Part shown: piece after piece, positions 63,850 to 64,000 of the stretch
Layout: each line of letters begins with the position of its first letter
How positions within the stretch are numbered: position 1 is the stretch's first letter
Origin: Chiloscyllium plagiosum
Lineage: Eukaryota
NCBI RefSeq assembly: GCF_004010195.1
Contig: NC_057718.1
Location: forward strand, 80,238,116 to 80,302,115
Length of the DNA stretch: 64,000 bases
Direction: 5' to 3'
Position numbers and translations under genes: made by a program
Notes under the pieces: generated by a model
The model's input: only the letters and a program-made list of their open reading frames with translations
What the model was told of the DNA's origin: nothing
Databases searched by the model: none

Positions 63850-63937
63850 CTATTATTTTCTTGATTGCAATGCTTCTTTATTTGCAACACATTATCACGC
63901 ATTCAAATATTTAGTTTTCAATACTTCCTCTCTCCAC
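63850..63937 (-). other. Possible terminal exon of a gene lying right of the window
   Basis: TTTCTTTCAG| acceptor, VERGSIEN* (or GERKY*), then AATAAA at 63877-63882. Confidence 0.25.
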
Positions 63938-64000
63938 CTGAAAGAAATCCTATTCTTGCTGGGTTGAAGATGATAAAACTTGTCTTTCATGTAACATTTT

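Noticed and set aside
1..64000. CRISPR arrays, rRNA, true tRNA genes or prokaryotic operons
   Set aside because: None seen; tRNA-like motifs are SINE heads and the repeated palindromes are dispersed retroelement pieces.

Overview
Repeat-rich vertebrate genomic DNA, most likely a shark or ray (inferred from HE1/V-SINE-type SINEs, CR1, RTE and L2 LINEs, and abundant Penelope-like elements). No intact protein-coding gene is visible, and nearly all listed ORFs are fragments or antisense shadows of retroelements. Between the repeats, the minus strand carries about 17 GT-AG-bounded exon remnants (about 6.8-35.9 kb). Read through stops and frameshifts, they are collinear with the N-terminal tail/stem of the dynein heavy-chain-like protein DNHD1 as I recall it, so this looks like a decayed dynein-family gene. 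A near-perfect RFX X-box lies about 2 kb upstream. A second, unidentified decayed multi-exon gene lies at about 46.5-48.8 kb. Also present are a 3'-truncated Gmr1-type Gypsy element (protease followed directly by integrase), two Harbinger transposase fossils, solo LTRs with TSDs, Tigger-like MITEs, and many short TSD-flanked Penelope-derived inserts carrying minimal hammerhead-ribozyme cores. Protein comparisons were made by eye from memory and need HMM/BLAST confirmation; repeat boundaries are approximate.
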